Assembly (NCBI GenBank): GCA_963820855.1
Contig: CAWGBY010000021.1
Coordinates: 5,354-69,353 of the forward strand
Reading direction: 5' to 3'
Source: an uncultured Acidobacteriota bacterium
GTDB lineage: Bacteria > Acidobacteriota > Vicinamibacteria > Marinacidobacterales > SMYC01
DNA length: 64,000 bases
Shown piece by piece: positions 62,339 to 64,000 of this stretch. How positions within the stretch are numbered: the first letter of the stretch is position 1; each line of letters begins with the position of its first letter. The notes under the pieces are model-generated. The model ran no database searches. It was not told the origin of the DNA and saw nothing but the letters and a program-made list of their open reading frames with translations. The translations under genes and the position numbers were made by a program.

Positions 62339-62892
62339 GGCTCGAAGCCTTTCGCGGCGAGACAGCGGCGCAGGTCGTCGAGTCCCCGATACACGAGGTT
62401 CTCGGCGCGCTTCTCTCCGCAATCGAGGAGCCTTGCCGCTTCCGCAATCTTGTGGCCCTGTAGATGCAGCGCGACCGCGAGCCGGCGTTCCCGTTTCATC
62501 GCCGACAGGCACTCTCGAATGCCGCGGCCGATCTCCTCGGCGGCGGCGCTTCGCTCGGGATTTTCATGGGCCACGGCATGCCCCTCGTTCCCGCCGTCCA
62601 CCTCGAGGGCGACCTCCCGGCGCCTTCGAATCCTCCGGATTTCGTCGACCAGAGCGGAGTGGGCGACTCTGTAGAGATAAGACGTCGAGAGCTCTCGATT
62701 CCCCTCACTTTTTCTGTGAATTTCCATGACCCGCATCATTGCGGCCTGCACCAGATCGTCGCGGCGGTCGACGAGCCAGGAGGGACAGACGCGCGATATC
62801 GCGGCGCCGATGTCGTGCCGGAGCTTCGAGTAGGCCTCTTCGCTCAGATCGAAGCGAAGTCCCACATCCGAGGTGTCGTTCACCGCCCGCAT
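62335..62892 (-). CDS. ECF-type RNA polymerase sigma-70 family factor
   Basis: Region 2 (DDLVQAAMMRVMEI.., YLYRVAHSALVDEIRR) and region 4 (RLAVALHLQGHKIAEAARLLDCGEKRAENLVYRGL). Starts MRAVNDTSD at 62892. Confidence 0.9.
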   Translation of the reverse strand: MRAVNDTSDVGLRFDLSEEAYSKLRHDIGAAISRVCPSWLVDRRDDLVQAAMMRVMEIHRKSEGNRELSTSYLYRVAHSALVDEIRRIRRRREVALEVDGGNEGHAVAHENPERSAAAEEIGRGIRECLSAMKRERRLAVALHLQGHKIAEAARLLDCGEKRAENLVYRGLDDLRRCLAAKGFEP

Positions 62893-63090
62893 GTCTCCTG
62901 GCGGGATGGTAACTCCTCGTGAGGGACACCACCACTCCGGTCGTGACCACCACCGAATCCGACAATTCGAAGCAGGTGAGTCGCACTTGTCTAGAAAGGA
63001 AGTTGTCCTACCCTGCGATTCCGACGCCACGACGAAAAAGATCGACATCGCCGCCATGGAGAGCCTACGCGGGGAAGTCGTGGGCTCCCG

Positions 63091-63282
63091 ATGGATATGC
63101 AATTTGCGGAATTTCACGTCCACGGCGACGGCAGGCTCACCCTCTATCCCCTCAAGATCGATCGCGTCCCGCGGCGATGGAAACCTCGTTCCGAGGCCCG
63201 CACCGACACCGAATCGCGGATCGTTCCGGAGGATCCGCTACGGATCGAGCTCATCGAGCCGCCGATCGTGCTGAAGCGCTGA
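63091..63282 (+). CDS. possible small hypothetical protein
   Basis: 63-aa ORF with non-repetitive composition (FHVHGDGRLTLYPLKIDRVPRRW). No clear SD and no recognisable family. Confidence 0.25.
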   Translation: MDMQFAEFHVHGDGRLTLYPLKIDRVPRRWKPRSEARTDTESRIVPEDPLRIELIEPPIVLKR

Positions 63283-63300
63283 AACGTTGAATCGGGAGCT

Positions 63301-63732
63301 CTATCGCGCGGCTTTCTCGCCGTACATCCAGGCGCCGAAGACCGTCGCGATGGGCAGCTCGAAGAGCCTCCACACCGATTCGGCGAGGGGCAAGGTTGCC
63401 GGAAAGACCCCGAGTCCCATCAGCACGAAGTTCGCATAGAAGACAGCGAAGAACCACACGATGAGCCCTGCCGTCACCGCCGTCTTCGGCCCGGCTCCCA
63501 GCCGCGGGCGAATCAGGGCGTAGAGGAACAGCGCGCCGACTCCCAGCAGGAACCCCAGGACCACGAAGATCCCGATCGAGCCTCCGCCGATCGGAGGCTT
63601 GCCGAGCGCAGCCATCGCCGCGTCCCACCTCTTCGCCAGGAGCGTCCCGTTCAGAAGAAACTCCGAGAGGTTGATCACGAACCCGGCCACGAGTCCGCCC
63701 ACGATCACACGGACCCAGGAAATGGACTCCAT
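63301..63732 (-). CDS. four-TM membrane protein, hypothetical
   Basis: Intact 143-aa ORF with four hydrophobic segments (VIVGGLVAGFVINL, IFVVLGFLLGVGALFLYALI, GLIVWFFAVFYANFVLMGLGVF, IATVFGAWMY). Confidence 0.7.
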   Translation of the reverse strand: MESISWVRVIVGGLVAGFVINLSEFLLNGTLLAKRWDAAMAALGKPPIGGGSIGIFVVLGFLLGVGALFLYALIRPRLGAGPKTAVTAGLIVWFFAVFYANFVLMGLGVFPATLPLAESVWRLFELPIATVFGAWMYGEKAAR

Positions 63733-63800
63733 GAGCGCCTCCTGCCCAGAAGGCGCGACTCTACCACAGGCGGGAGGGGACGATTCGAGAAGAGGCTGCG

Positions 63801-64000
63801 TCAGGAGCGGTGAGTCGGATGAGTCTTTCCGTCCTGGCTCCGGTTCACTTGAAACTGCGTTACCAGGTCGCGCATCAAGCCGGCCTGGCGCGAGAGTTTG
63901 TCGGCCAGGGAGGCGAGGCTTCCGGCGCTCGACGCGTTCTCGTGGGCCATGCTTCGAATCTGCTCCATCGAGCTCACTACCTGCTGCGTGCCGGTCGATT
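63801..64000 (-). CDS. methyl-accepting chemotaxis protein, C-terminal end only (extends beyond window)
   Basis: The minus frame reads STGTQQVVSSMEQIRSMAHENASSAGSLASLADKLSRQAGLMRDLVTQFQV..*. This is the typical end of the MCP signalling domain. Stop at 63803-63801. Confidence 0.7.
   Translation of the reverse strand, partial: STGTQQVVSSMEQIRSMAHENASSAGSLASLADKLSRQAGLMRDLVTQFQVNRSQDGKTHPTHRS

Overview
GC-rich bacterial chromosomal fragment (about two-thirds G+C by eye, not computed). I support about 55 protein-coding genes. I found no rRNA, tRNA, CRISPR array, transposase, integrase or phage genes. A PadR regulator coupled to a duplicated FtsX-type 'ADOP' permease, a DUF1592/DUF1552 pair and many Tat-signal hydrolases suggest an Acidobacteria-like organism; this is inference only.

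Content by region:
- 1-7.2 kb: housekeeping and redox operon (tsaE, nnr, racemase, glutaredoxin-like protein, SDR, NUDIX), then ornithine cyclodeaminase and an unknown protein.
- 8-16 kb: deiodinase-like protein, hydantoinase, aldehyde dehydrogenase, amidohydrolase, LLM oxidoreductase and a PLP enzyme.
- 16-19.5 kb: a very large S8 subtilase.
- 19.5-26.5 kb: clpB with two small secreted paralogues, an M1 peptidase and a di-haem peroxidase.
- 26.5-41 kb: nucleobase/hydantoin-type catabolic gene set. It holds DAP ammonia-lyase, an SsnA-like aminohydrolase, an XdhD-like 2Fe-2S/molybdopterin hydroxylase fused in frame to an N-carbamoyl amidohydrolase, an M20 amidohydrolase, beta-ureidopropionase, a VOC protein, an SSS transporter and two amidohydrolases.
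- 41-52 kb: xni, adenosine deaminase, PadR-ADOP, an AGZA purine permease, a nucleosidase and a Tat molybdoenzyme.
- 53-63 kb: an ECF-sigma-headed operon of anti-sigma, DUF1592, DUF1552, ankyrin, NHL propeller and amidase.

Main observations:
1. Two genes missed by stop-to-stop ORF calling carry an in-frame TGA exactly at a redox-active Cys/Sec position, each followed by a SECIS-like hairpin. They are a deiodinase-like FGSYT-U-PPF protein and a glutaredoxin-like G-U-PYT protein.
2. The catabolic set mirrors the poorly understood E. coli ygeX/ssnA/xdhD/hyuA neighbourhood, and includes an apparent carbamoylase-XdhD fusion.
3. The consensus carries dozens of single-base frameshifts in otherwise conserved genes, clustered unevenly. 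This most likely reflects sequence quality, and it limits every coordinate given for the affected genes.
4. Several candidate regulatory elements are present: a sigma54 -24/-12 promoter, a PadR operator palindrome, and an 18-bp inverted repeat that sequesters an RBS.
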